Assembly: GCA_036351155.1 (NCBI GenBank)
Contig: JAZBOO010000280.1
Span: 1 to 64,000 of the forward strand
Direction of reading: 5' to 3'
DNA length: 64,000 bases
Origin: Candidatus Krumholzibacteriia bacterium
GTDB taxonomy: Bacteria; Krumholzibacteriota; Krumholzibacteriia; LZORAL124-64-63
Under the pieces are notes generated by a model, which did no database searches, was not told the DNA's origin, and worked only from the letters and a program-made list of their open reading frames with translations. Shown here one piece after another: positions 29,972 to 40,200 of the stretch (within the stretch, counting starts at the first letter, position 1; each line of letters starts with the position of its first letter). The position numbers and the translations under genes are program-made.

Positions 29972-30898
29972 ATGGAATTCTTCAGGAACCCCAGCATCAA
30001 CTTTGTTGGCGGCATGAAGGGGGCGTTCACCGTCTCGGCGGTGCTCGTCGTGCTGAGCCTTCTTTCGCTGCTGATCCACGGCGGTCCGCGGATGAGCATC
30101 GATTTCACGGGCGGCTCGGTTTTGCAGGTCAAGATTTCGCCCGTGCCCGAGGTGGGCGACATTCGCTCCACCCTGGAAAACGCCGGCTACGAGGGTGTGC
30201 AGGTGACCGAGTTCGGCTCGCAGGACGAGTTCCTGATCACCTTCGTGAACCCCGAAAGCACCGAGGAAACCCTCGATGCGGCCCAGGGCCTGCTGGCCGA
30301 TCTCCGCACGGGCCTGAGCGGTTCGGAAATCGAGCTGCGGCGCGAAGAGACCGTGGGACCCAAGATCGGCGGCGAGCTGCGCGATGCCGCGGTGAACTCC
30401 GTGGTCTCGGCCCTGGCCCTGATCGTGCTGTACATCACCATCAGGTTCGTGTTCCGCTACGGGATCGCGGCCATCATCGCGTTGATTCACGATGTGTCCT
30501 TGACCCTGGGTGTGTTCTCGTTGCTCGACTTCGAGATCAGCCTGCAGATCATCGCCGCCTTCCTCACCATCATCGGTTACTCGCTGAACGACACCATCGT
30601 GGTGTTCGATCGTATTCGCGAGAACATGAGGCTGCGCCGCAAGGAGAGCTATCGCGAGGTCATCAACCGGTCCATCAACGAGTGCCTGAGCCGGACGGTG
30701 CTGACCTCGGTCACCACCTTCTTCGTGTCCGCCATGCTCTACATTTTCGGCGGCCCGGTGATTCACGATTTTGCCTTCGCGCTGTGCTTCGGCGTGGTCA
30801 TCGGTACCTACAGCTCGATGTTCATCGCCAGCCCCGTGCTGGTGTGGTGGTACGAGCGTCGGATCGCCGACAAGAAGCGCATGGCCACCGACATGTAA
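29972..30898 (+). CDS. secF: Protein translocase subunit SecF
   Basis: IDFTGG, ETVGPKIG.EL, IGYSLNDTIVVFDRIRE, GTYSS.FIA.P. Confidence 0.97.
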   Translation: MEFFRNPSINFVGGMKGAFTVSAVLVVLSLLSLLIHGGPRMSIDFTGGSVLQVKISPVPEVGDIRSTLENAGYEGVQVTEFGSQDEFLITFVNPESTEETLDAAQGLLADLRTGLSGSEIELRREETVGPKIGGELRDAAVNSVVSALALIVLYITIRFVFRYGIAAIIALIHDVSLTLGVFSLLDFEISLQIIAAFLTIIGYSLNDTIVVFDRIRENMRLRRKESYREVINRSINECLSRTVLTSVTTFFVSAMLYIFGGPVIHDFAFALCFGVVIGTYSSMFIASPVLVWWYERRIADKKRMATDM

Positions 30899-30901
30899 CG
30901 G

Positions 30902-31019
30902 CCCCGGAACACTGGCCCCAAAACAAGGGATCCGGAATGTCCTCGCCACTTCGTGGCTGCGGATTTTCCGGATCCCTTGTTTTTGGGCCAGTGTTCCGGG
31001 GAAGCCACTTCTCGGTGGC
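30902..31019. repeat. Long near-perfect inverted repeat (36-bp arms) with GCCAC/GTGGC mini-hairpins; REP/MITE-like
   Basis: 30902-30937 matches the reverse complement of 30966-31001 at 35/36; core GCCACTTCGTGGC; second GCCACTTCTCGGTGGC at 31004-31019. Confidence 0.85.
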
Positions 31020-31103
31020 CATACTGTCCGCTTACGGGGTATAGAAGTCTCTTTTCGCGGTCAAATGGTCCGGAGGAGAAGCTGCGGGTACTGAGGGGCT
31101 TGG

Positions 31104-31206
31104 CGGCAAAATCCTTGCTTTCACCTATTTCCTGGCGAAAAATTGAGGTTTGGGGGTACAATGGGGGAGTGAGGTCCACAGGAAGTCTCCAGGCATGATC
31201 CTTGCC
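31104..31206 (+). promoter_or_regulatory. Two tandem putative sigma54 -24/-12 motifs
   Basis: CGGCAAAATCCTTGCT (31104-31119) and AGGCATGATCCTTGCC (31191-31206), both GG-N10-GC with GGCA and TTGC. Confidence 0.5.
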
Positions 31207-31251
31207 CTTTTCCTGGTGAGACATGGACCAATTTTTCTGGAGAGACCGGAA

Positions 31252-31752
31252 TTGACCTATTTCAAGAAAACATCCCACCTTCATCAGATCGGCTTCTTCC
31301 TGGGGCTGGGGCTGCTGGTGTTCACGTGCGCCATTCCTGCCCTGGGCAAGATCGACAAGTCGGGGGCTCGCCTATCCGGCGCCGAGCCTGACCTCGTTTT
31401 CGAGGCCATTGCCACGGCCTGGGAACTCGGGGACGAGGATGCTCTGGCCAAGCTGGTGCACGAGAACGGCCTGCGGGTGACCAGCGGCGACTACAACCGT
31501 TTCACCGATTACAGCCCCAGTCAGGCATTCTACTATTTCCGCAATCAGTTTCGCACCTACCCGACGGTGTCCTTCGGCATCGAACGCATGCAAAAGCAGA
31601 TGTCGGGTCAGGACCGGGTGCATGGTATGGTGAGCTGGCAATACCAGCGCACCAGGGGTGGGCCGGTGCAGGAACTCAAGCTGGTCCTGGTTTTGACCCG
31701 GCAGGGAAGCAACTGGCGGCTGGCGGAGATCAATACCATCAACAAGAGGTAA
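31252..31752 (+). CDS. Secreted DUF4783-like (NTF2-like) protein
   Basis: TTG start with signal peptide; AIATAW..GD..ALAKL...YSPSQA..YF..F...P..SF resembles DUF4783; start position uncertain. Confidence 0.55.
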   Translation: MTYFKKTSHLHQIGFFLGLGLLVFTCAIPALGKIDKSGARLSGAEPDLVFEAIATAWELGDEDALAKLVHENGLRVTSGDYNRFTDYSPSQAFYYFRNQFRTYPTVSFGIERMQKQMSGQDRVHGMVSWQYQRTRGGPVQELKLVLVLTRQGSNWRLAEINTINKR

Positions 31753-31755
31753 TTC

Positions 31756-34700
31756 ATGACCTGGTTGGTCAGCCAGGCGGCACGCGCGCTGGGTATTCTC
31801 TGTCTGCTGGGGCAGGGATTTCTCGTTTATGCGGGCAGCACGGTGGGGCCTGAGCCGGGACTGGCTCTGCCCGGGCTGTTTCTGGCCCTGACCATCGTCC
31901 AGGCGGTGGTTTTTTCCCTGGAACTGCGAAAAAAGCTGACGAGCCTGGACGAAGCGGGGCGCCGTGCCCTGTTCCTGCCGAGTGTTTTTCTGACCGTGGC
32001 CATCGGAACCATGCTGGCCTGTGGGCTGGTGGTTCTGTCCCGGGGGACCGGTGCGGGAGACTCATCCTGGAAAGATCCCGAAAGCTCTTCACCGGTGCTG
32101 GCCGAGGCACTGCTGGCCCTGGAACAGTATCCTGCCGCCTCGGCCGCTCTGCTCGATGGGGTCCGGGTGATGCGCGGCCAGCTGGAGAGCCAGCCCGTCA
32201 AGGGCGATTGGTTTCGATTGCTGGCCCCGTGGCCGGAGCAGTGGAGCCGCTATTTTCCTGCGGCGGATGCCTTGCCTGGCGATTTGCTGGTCCATCGTCG
32301 GGGCTCACCTCTGGCCTGGACCGAGGGTGCGGAGCCTCTGCCTCCCCCGCCTTCCCAGGACGTGCGTGCCCTGCCCGTGGACTTTCTGACCCAGCATGCG
32401 GGGACCTGGTACCTGCGCAGCTTCGTGATGCTGTCCTCGGAAACCCTGCTCGAATGGCAGGTGCCCCTGGAAGGACCTCAGCTGGCCCACCGCTGGCCGG
32501 GACTGGAACTGTCCGTGAGATCCCTCAACGAGGGCACTCTGACAGGGAAGGTGGCCCTGACCGACTCCGATCAGGCACGCCAGCTGGTCGCCCAGATGGA
32601 ACCCGGCAGTGCCGACCAGGCGGCGAGCAAGGGCCGGGCACGTCTCATGATCCTCTTGACCCTGGGGTGGCTGCTGGGGCTGACATCGTGGTTTCACATC
32701 CTGGCCGGACACGGAGTCTGGCTGGGCTCTCTCTGGGCGGGACGTGCGCTGCTGGCGGGCGTGGACTTCTTCCGCTGGTTTCCTCAGGCCTTCCCCGACC
32801 TCACCGCCCCGGCTCCTCCCGGCCATCCCATCAGCCTGGTGGGGCCTGCCTACTTTGCCACCCCCTTTGCCTCGGGGTGGTTCGCCTCCACGGCCGATGC
32901 CCTGCTGACCGCCCTGGTGGTGGGTCTGACGGCCTGGGCCCTTCTGCGCTCACGAGGCCTGGTGGGATGGACCGATGAGCTGGCGCGGGCCGGGAAAACC
33001 CGCCCTCTGCTGGGACAGGGTCTGGTGTCGGGGCTGGTGTTTGGACTGGTGGGTGCGGGATTGCTCTGGCTCGCCCACCTCTTTGCAAGCCTGGTGGCCG
33101 ACAATGCCAACCCGCGGCTGATCGGCCAGGGCGTCTCGGTGGGGTTTCTCTCCTTCTGGGGCCTCCATGTGGTGCTGATGGTGATCCCCTTCAGTCTGGC
33201 ATCCCTGCTGGTGGGCTGGGCCGGCGACCGACCCTGGCCCGAGCGCACCCGACTGGGCGGTTGGCTGGCCGCCGCTGGTTTGGGCGGACTGGTTTCGGGC
33301 GCGGTTTTCTTCTTCCTGCCGCGCGACTGGTGGTGGCAACCCGCGCTGGCCGGTCTGATCACGGCGACCTGGTGGCTGGTGGCTCCTGCCCTGCGTTCGC
33401 GCCCCCGCTTCTTGCGGCGGTTTGCCTGGCCCACGGTGATGCTGCTGGTGGTGGTCTGGAACTACGTGTCCCTGCGAGAAGTGTATGACCAGGCCGAGCG
33501 CAGCTGGCTGGTGAGCAAGGGCCACCTCATCACCAGCCCCGGGGAGGAGGGGACGCGCTTCCTCCTGGAAGATGCCATGCTGGGGATGCGGGAAACGGAC
33601 CGCCTCAGTCCCTCGACGGGCGAGGGTGTGGGCATCTGGCGGGACCATCCGGCCTACCTGCTGTGGGCGTCCTCGCCCTTGCGGGACCTGGGCTATGCCT
33701 GCTCGGTGGAGATCATCGACACCGAGTACGGTGCCACCCCGTTTTTTGCCACCGGGTTCATGCGCGATTCGGGTTATGAACTGCTCAGTCGCGGCAACTG
33801 GACCGACCGCGAAGGGGCTCCCGCCACCGACGACGAGCAACTGCAATTCCAGACCGAACGCCGGGTCTATCCCGGGGGCGAAGAAGAGGTCCTGGTGGCC
33901 CGGATGGGCCGGGCCGGTGATCTGGGCTGGATCCGGGTGGAGTTGCCGGTGCGCAGCTGGCGGATCTCGACCCTGCTGGCCGACCTGCGCGATGAGGTCC
34001 CGGTGGACAGTGGTTACCGGCCCCGGGCGGAAGTGGATCGCCCCATTCTTCTCTTGCGGGGGGACAACCAGGGGTGGCTGGGAACGGGAGATCCCGGTCT
34101 GAAGGGAGCACAGGCCAGTGGCCTCCTGACCGAGCTGAAGCAGGGAGTGCGTCCCTGGGCGGCGATCGAGCGAGACGATGGCACCTGGCTGTGTCGCTGG
34201 AACCCCCTGCCGGACAATCTGGCCCGGTCCCCGGGAGAAGGCTTCCTGCTGGGGCTGAGACGCGCGGGCCCGGTGGAAGACCTGCTGGATCTTTCGCGGA
34301 TCATGCTGATCAATCTGGTGTTGCTGCTGGTCCTGTTTGGCCTGGTTCAGGGCACGGAGCGACTGCGCCTGGCGTTCCTGCCTGCGGGCGCGAATCGGCC
34401 GAACAGCCAGGGGCCCTGGCTGCCCGGGTTTCAGGAGCGGTTTCTGGCGGGCTATCTCATGCTCGGCCTCCTGTTGCTCCTGGTGGTGGGCATGTCGGTG
34501 GACCGGGTGGGTTATCAGCGGGTGCTGACCGAATCCAAGGAAAAAACCCTGGATGGGCTGAACCAGGCCATTTCCCAGCTGCGCAGTCTGCTGGCCGAAC
34601 AGGCCGGAGCCATGGCGGCCAGCGAGTACATCTCGGACCTGCTGGTGGGCGAAATGGCCGGGCAGCGTCCGGTGGGTCCTCCCAGTCGACGCCAGGCCAT

Positions 34701-36540
34701 GGTCTTTGCGGGTGATGGCACGCTGGTACTGGACGAAACCCTCAGCAATCTGACCGATACCGAGGCGCGGGTGCTGCTCACCGCCGGCCGCAGTAACCCC
34801 TTGATCGTGATCAGAGATGACCAGCAGATCTACGTGGCCACCGTGATTCCGGTGGATCTTTTCGCTCCGGTGGAAGGGGTGGCCGACGAGGACTCGCTGG
34901 TGCTGAACCCGGAACCTGGAGAAGGGTTCTTTCTCTACCGCCAGCAGCTGGATTCCGAGTTTCTGGGCAGCCTGGCCGACCTGGTGCGCGGTCAGGCCAC
35001 CTTGTATCTGGAGGGGCAGCCCTATCTGGCCAGCCATCCGGGACCCGTCTTTGCGGGCCGAAAAAATTTGCTGACGGGACCGGATCTGATGGCCTCGTTG
35101 CTGGACCATCCCTGGGGTCCGGGGGTCTTTCCCCGTCCGGGGCGCACCTTCGCCTTTTCCGGCAGTCAGCCCTTGCCCGTGTTTGCCCGGGACGAGCAAG
35201 GACGTCTGGTGCCCCAGCCCATCCCCGGGGTCATGTCCCTGGCCTTCCCGGATCGGGAGCAACAGTACAACCAGCAACGTCGCGAGACGGTCCTTTTCCT
35301 GGCGGGGCTGGCCAATCTCATCTTGCTGACGGCCCTGATGCTGGCCCTGGTCATGTCCTGGAACCTCTTCCGCCCGTTGCGGGTGCTTCTGACGGCGACC
35401 CGCCGTCTGGCCGACGAAGATTTTGATGCGCCTCTGCCTCCGGGCGGTCGGGATGAGGTGGGTCGACTGGCTCAGGCCTTCGGTTTGATGAGAGGTCAGC
35501 TCCGCACCGCCCGCGAAAAACTGGCGGCCCGGGAAAAGTTTCTGGCCGGTGTGCTGGACCAGGTGACGGTGGGTGTGGCGGTGGTGGACCGGCAGGGGCA
35601 GGTGGCAGCGCTGAACCCCGCCGGCCGGCATATCCTGACGGATTTTCAGCCCGAGATGGAAGAGCAGGCGGCCGTGCGCGGCCTGGTCGAGATTTTCCGG
35701 GACATGGCCGCGGGAAAGCCCACCTGGTCCGGTGAAATCCGCAGCGCCGATGGTCAGCATACCCTGCGGGGCGCCATGGCACCCCTGGATATTGCCGGGG
35801 GCGAGTCGGACACCATGCTGGTGTTCGAGGACATCACCGAGTTTCTGCAGACCAAGAAGATGGCCATCAACGCCGAGCTGGCGCGCCAGGTGGCCCATGA
35901 GATCAAGAACCCTCTGACTCCCATCCAGCTGTCGGTTCAGCTGCTGGACCAGGCCTGGCGAGATCAGCACCCGCGCCTGGATGCCATCGTACCCGAGACC
36001 GTGCAGAGGGTGCTGTCGCAGGTGGAACTGTTGCGGACCATCGCCTCGGAGTTCAGCCTGCTGGGGCAGCCCGGCGAGCTGGATCTAGTGGTTCTGGACC
36101 TGGCGCACCTGGTAGGTGAGGTGACCGATGCCTACCAGGGCGCCGGGGCTGTGGATTCCGATCATTTCCGGGTGGAAGTGGCCGATTGCCCCCACCCGCT
36201 GGTCCTGGGGGAACGGGATGCTCTGCGCAAGATCCTGGGTAATCTCATGCAGAACAGCCTGGATGCCACGCGGCCCGAGGAGCCTCTGTCGGTGCAGGTG
36301 AGCTGGCGCATCCAGGCGGGCCGGCTGACGCTGGTCTGGGTGGACAACGGCCAGGGTTTGCTGCCGGAGGTGGCTGATCGGCTGTTTGATCCCTATTTTT
36401 CCACCAAGAGCAAGGGCACCGGTCTGGGCCTGGCCATCTGCCGGAACCTGGCCGACCGCATGGGAGGATCCATGACTCTGGCCAACCGACAGGATGCGCC
36501 GGGGGCCCAGGCCACCTTGACCTTGCCGCGCGCCAAGTGA
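31756..36540 (+). CDS. Very large multi-TM sensor histidine kinase (NtrY-like HAMP-PAS-HisKA-HATPase C-terminus)
   Basis: RPL..L.....L...DFD...DEVGRLAQAF (HAMP), LARQVAHEIKNPLTPIQLS (H-box), NLMQNS, DNGQG, LFDPYFSTKSKGTGLGLAI. Confidence 0.88.
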   Translation: MTWLVSQAARALGILCLLGQGFLVYAGSTVGPEPGLALPGLFLALTIVQAVVFSLELRKKLTSLDEAGRRALFLPSVFLTVAIGTMLACGLVVLSRGTGAGDSSWKDPESSSPVLAEALLALEQYPAASAALLDGVRVMRGQLESQPVKGDWFRLLAPWPEQWSRYFPAADALPGDLLVHRRGSPLAWTEGAEPLPPPPSQDVRALPVDFLTQHAGTWYLRSFVMLSSETLLEWQVPLEGPQLAHRWPGLELSVRSLNEGTLTGKVALTDSDQARQLVAQMEPGSADQAASKGRARLMILLTLGWLLGLTSWFHILAGHGVWLGSLWAGRALLAGVDFFRWFPQAFPDLTAPAPPGHPISLVGPAYFATPFASGWFASTADALLTALVVGLTAWALLRSRGLVGWTDELARAGKTRPLLGQGLVSGLVFGLVGAGLLWLAHLFASLVADNANPRLIGQGVSVGFLSFWGLHVVLMVIPFSLASLLVGWAGDRPWPERTRLGGWLAAAGLGGLVSGAVFFFLPRDWWWQPALAGLITATWWLVAPALRSRPRFLRRFAWPTVMLLVVVWNYVSLREVYDQAERSWLVSKGHLITSPGEEGTRFLLEDAMLGMRETDRLSPSTGEGVGIWRDHPAYLLWASSPLRDLGYACSVEIIDTEYGATPFFATGFMRDSGYELLSRGNWTDREGAPATDDEQLQFQTERRVYPGGEEEVLVARMGRAGDLGWIRVELPVRSWRISTLLADLRDEVPVDSGYRPRAEVDRPILLLRGDNQGWLGTGDPGLKGAQASGLLTELKQGVRPWAAIERDDGTWLCRWNPLPDNLARSPGEGFLLGLRRAGPVEDLLDLSRIMLINLVLLLVLFGLVQGTERLRLAFLPAGANRPNSQGPWLPGFQERFLAGYLMLGLLLLLVVGMSVDRVGYQRVLTESKEKTLDGLNQAISQLRSLLAEQAGAMAASEYISDLLVGEMAGQRPVGPPSRRQAMVFAGDGTLVLDETLSNLTDTEARVLLTAGRSNPLIVIRDDQQIYVATVIPVDLFAPVEGVADEDSLVLNPEPGEGFFLYRQQLDSEFLGSLADLVRGQATLYLEGQPYLASHPGPVFAGRKNLLTGPDLMASLLDHPWGPGVFPRPGRTFAFSGSQPLPVFARDEQGRLVPQPIPGVMSLAFPDREQQYNQQRRETVLFLAGLANLILLTALMLALVMSWNLFRPLRVLLTATRRLADEDFDAPLPPGGRDEVGRLAQAFGLMRGQLRTAREKLAAREKFLAGVLDQVTVGVAVVDRQGQVAALNPAGRHILTDFQPEMEEQAAVRGLVEIFRDMAAGKPTWSGEIRSADGQHTLRGAMAPLDIAGGESDTMLVFEDITEFLQTKKMAINAELARQVAHEIKNPLTPIQLSVQLLDQAWRDQHPRLDAIVPETVQRVLSQVELLRTIASEFSLLGQPGELDLVVLDLAHLVGEVTDAYQGAGAVDSDHFRVEVADCPHPLVLGERDALRKILGNLMQNSLDATRPEEPLSVQVSWRIQAGRLTLVWVDNGQGLLPEVADRLFDPYFSTKSKGTGLGLAICRNLADRMGGSMTLANRQDAPGAQATLTLPRAK

Positions 36541-36571
36541 GCAGCCCCCGAGAGCATCCGGAAGGACGCCC

Positions 36572-37273
36572 ATGACTTCGCACCTCAGGATCATGACACG
36601 TGGCCGGCAGGTTTTCTCCCTGCTGGTCGTCCTGTTGATGGCCGGAGGCGGGGCAGTGCTGGCGCGTCAGTCCGACCAGGCCGAGGTGCGCATCGCCCGC
36701 CTGCATTACGATGGGGGCGGCGACTGGTACTGCGACCCGAGCAGTCTGCCCAACTGGCTGGAACAGTTCAGCCGACGTACGGGCATTGCCACGGCGGCCA
36801 CCGAGGCGGTGGTTACCCTGGATAGCGAGGATCTGTATCAGTATCCCTTCCTCTACCTGAGTGGACACGGCCGCATTGATCTGAAGCAGGAAGATCTGAG
36901 CGAGCTGCGCCGGTATCTCGAGGCCGGCGGGTTTCTCTACGCCGACGACAACTACGGGCTGGACCCCTCGTTCCGTCAGATGATCGCGCAGCTGTTTCCC
37001 GAGCGGGAGCTGGCACCCATCGGAGCCGATCATCCCATTTTCCGAGCCTTCTATCGGTTGCCGGGGGTGCCCAAGATCCATCAGCACGATGGGGAACCTG
37101 CCCAGGCTTTCGGCGTATCCCATGAGGGCCGTCTGGTGGTGTTCTGCACCTGGAGCGCGGACATCGGCGATGGACTGGAGGACGCGGACGTCCACGGCGA
37201 TCCCCCGCATGTGCGGGAGGCGGCCACCCAGATGGCGGTCAACGTGTTGATGTATGCCCTGACTCATCCGTAA
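36572..37273 (+). CDS. DUF4159 domain protein (secreted)
   Basis: IARLHYDGGGDWY.DP, YPFLYLSGHG, LR.YL..GGFL.ADDNYG, PKIH.HDG, D.GDG.ED. Confidence 0.88.
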   Translation: MTSHLRIMTRGRQVFSLLVVLLMAGGGAVLARQSDQAEVRIARLHYDGGGDWYCDPSSLPNWLEQFSRRTGIATAATEAVVTLDSEDLYQYPFLYLSGHGRIDLKQEDLSELRRYLEAGGFLYADDNYGLDPSFRQMIAQLFPERELAPIGADHPIFRAFYRLPGVPKIHQHDGEPAQAFGVSHEGRLVVFCTWSADIGDGLEDADVHGDPPHVREAATQMAVNVLMYALTHP

Positions 37274-37281
37274 CAGAAAAA

Positions 37282-40200
37282 ATGGCACCCATGGATATCC
37301 GGCAGACATTCCAGGATCAGTTGTACAGCCTGCTGGGGCGCACCCGCCGGCGCATCCTGGTGCTGGGCCTGCTGCGGGTGCTGGCGGTTGCCGGGCCCAT
37401 GACGGTGCTGGCGGTCTGGTCGCTGGGCACCGGTCCCGAGCCGGGCCCCGTACTGGCGGGCGGTCTGGTGTTTTCCCTGCTGGCTGCCTGGGTGGCTCTG
37501 GTCTGGACGCAGGTGGTTTGTCCCCTGTGGCGGTTGCGCCGCCCCGTGGATCTGGTGGACAGGGTCGAGAAGTTCGGCGACTTTGCCAATGTCCTGGTGG
37601 CGGGAGAGGAAGCCCTGCGGCAGCCGGAGCGCTGGGAGGCGGACACCTCGGTGCGCCGCGAATTGCGAGACCGGGTGTTCCGGCAGGGTTTGCGCATCCT
37701 GGGTTTCTTGAGCCCCGAACGGGTTTTTCCGCACCGTCATCTGCGCGCTGGCCTGGTGGGCCTGGGCTTGCTGGGGACCGGCGTGCTGTTCATTGGCCTG
37801 GCCCAGCCGACCGTGGGCCGTCAGGGAATAGCGCGTCTGCTCCGCCCCATCCCGCCGGCGGCGGTGCCCCAGGTGGCGGGCATCTATCCCTGGGACACTC
37901 CTGACCATGTGGTGGCCGGCGAGGAAGTCCGGCTTTCCGTGCGGGATTTCGGAGGCGGAAACGATCTGGCCGTCTGTGAGATCCGGGTGGGACAGGGCCT
38001 GTGGCAACCGCTGGAAGCCAGATCCGAAACCGTTCCCCGGGACCAGGCCTTCCTGCCGCCCCCCTTCAAGCTGTGGATGTCCCAGGTGGACAACGTGCGC
38101 GAGGATTTTTCCTGGCGTTTTCGGCGCGGGTCTCGGGTTTCTCCCGAGCAACGCGTCACGGTGCGGCACCATCCATTGCTGACCAACCTGGGCGTGACCA
38201 TTCAGCCCCCCGAGTACACCGGTCTGGATGAGCAGGCCCTCGATCGGTTGCCCACCTGGCTGGAAGTTCCCACCGGTGCGGGCCTGGTCTTGCAGGGGAC
38301 GGCGAATCACCCGCTGAGCGTGGCCGAGCTGGTGATCTCGGGGCAAGATGCCCAGGCCCTGGCCATCTCCGGTTCACGGGTGGAGGGCGCGCTGCGTATC
38401 GAGGATTCCCTGACCTTCCAGCTGGCCCTGCAGGACAGTTTCGGGCTGACCAATCTCTCCCCTCTGGTTTACGAAGTGCGGGCCATCCCCGATGAAAAGC
38501 CCCTGGTCCAGCTGGTGCGCCCAGGCGACGATGGGCTGCTGCCGCTGGATGGGATCCTGCCCCTGGGTCTGGATGCCACCGACGACTACGGACTGACCCG
38601 CCTGGAACTGCAGCTGCGCGTGGTGGATGGGCCCGAAGAAGGGGAAGGTGATACCGGCTGGACCATGGGAACCCACCGCATCTGGCAGGGGACGGGGCCT
38701 GCCGGCGGATCCTTCACGACAGCCTGGGGCACGGTGCGCCTGGACGCCCGGATGGCGGAAAATGACGGAGCCCCCCTGCGGGTGGAGATGCAGGTCGATG
38801 CGGATATCGCCGACCTGGATCTGGTGCCGGGCGATGTTCTGGAACTCAGGCTGGGTGCAGTGGACAACCGCCGTCCCGGCTCCGGGCAGATTTCCTACAG
38901 CCGGGCGCTACGGCTGGTTTTGCCCTCGGCGGCCGATGTCCTGGCCAATCAGGCGGAAGCCAATGAACAGCGGCGCGACGAGCTGGAGGAGGCGCGCCGG
39001 CGCGGGCTGGAACTGGGCCAGGATCTGGACCGTTTGAATCGCGAGCTCATGAAGAATCCTCTGCCCGACTGGGCGCGCCGCCAGGAGATGGAAGAGGCCA
39101 TTGCCCGTCAGCAGCGTCTGCAGGAAGAGCTGTCCCGTCTGGCTGCCGAGTTGACCAGTGATCTGGATCGTATGGCGTCAGGGCAGATGACCAGCGAGCG
39201 GATGCTGGAAAAGGCCGAGGAAGTATCCTCCCTTCTGAACCAGGATCCCGACCAGAGCTTGCAGGATCTTCTGGAGCGCATGAAACAGAGTGGCGAGGAG
39301 GCGGCTGCCGAGGAGATGGTCCGGGCCATCCGCGAGGTGGGGCAGGACCAGAAGGACATGGCGCGGCGCCTGGATGCGGCTCTGGCCATGCTGAACCGCA
39401 TGGAGCGGGAACAGGAGATGGAGGGCCTGACCGCCCTGCTGGAGCAGATGATCCGCAAGCAGCAGGAACTGGCCGATCTGAGCCGGGAACTGGCGGATCA
39501 GCAGGAGCAACAGGCGGGCGAAGGTCAGGACCAGGAGGCGGCCGGTGATCCGGACGCCGAATCGGGGGAACCGCAAGAAGGTGATCCGCAGCAAGGTGAA
39601 CAGCAGGAAGGCGAACAGCAACCGGGAGACCAGCAACCGGGAGACCAGCAACCGGGAGACCAGCAACCGGGAGACCAGCAGTCCGGCGAACAGCAGGAAG
39701 GATCTCCCGAGGACACTCCCACCGCCGAGGAACTGGCCAGACGCCAGGAGGCCCTGGCCGAGGAGCTGGAGGAGCTGGAGGAAAGGCTGGAAAAAGCCCT
39801 GGCCGAATTGCAGGAGCAACAGCAACAGGACAACGGTCAGCAGTCGCCCGACAGCGAGAAGATGGAGCAGGCCCTGCAGGAAGCCCTGGAACAGCTGGAA
39901 AGCCAGAAGGAAAAGGGAGGCATGAAGAAGGCCTCCGAGCAGCTGTCCCAGATGGATCCCGAACAGGCGGCCAAGCTGCAGCAGGAAAGTCTGCGTGATC
40001 TGGGAGCGCTGTACCACGTGATCCTGGAAACGCAGCAGGCCATGCAGTCGGCCATGCAGCAAAATCAGGTGTCGTCCCTGCGGGGACTGGCCGCCGACAT
40101 GCTGGCCCTTTCCACGCGCCAGGAGGAGATCTCCCTGGCCATCCCCTCGCAGCTGCGCGATGTGCGGTCCCTGGGACTGACCCGCAGTCAGCACCGACTG

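Noticed and set aside
29929..31284. ORFs spanning the secF 3' palindrome
   Set aside because: Alternative frames of secF or products of the inverted repeat, with mirrored peptides on both strands
39616..39680. Repeat array considered as CRISPR
   Set aside because: No spacers, in-frame coding repeat, no cas genes
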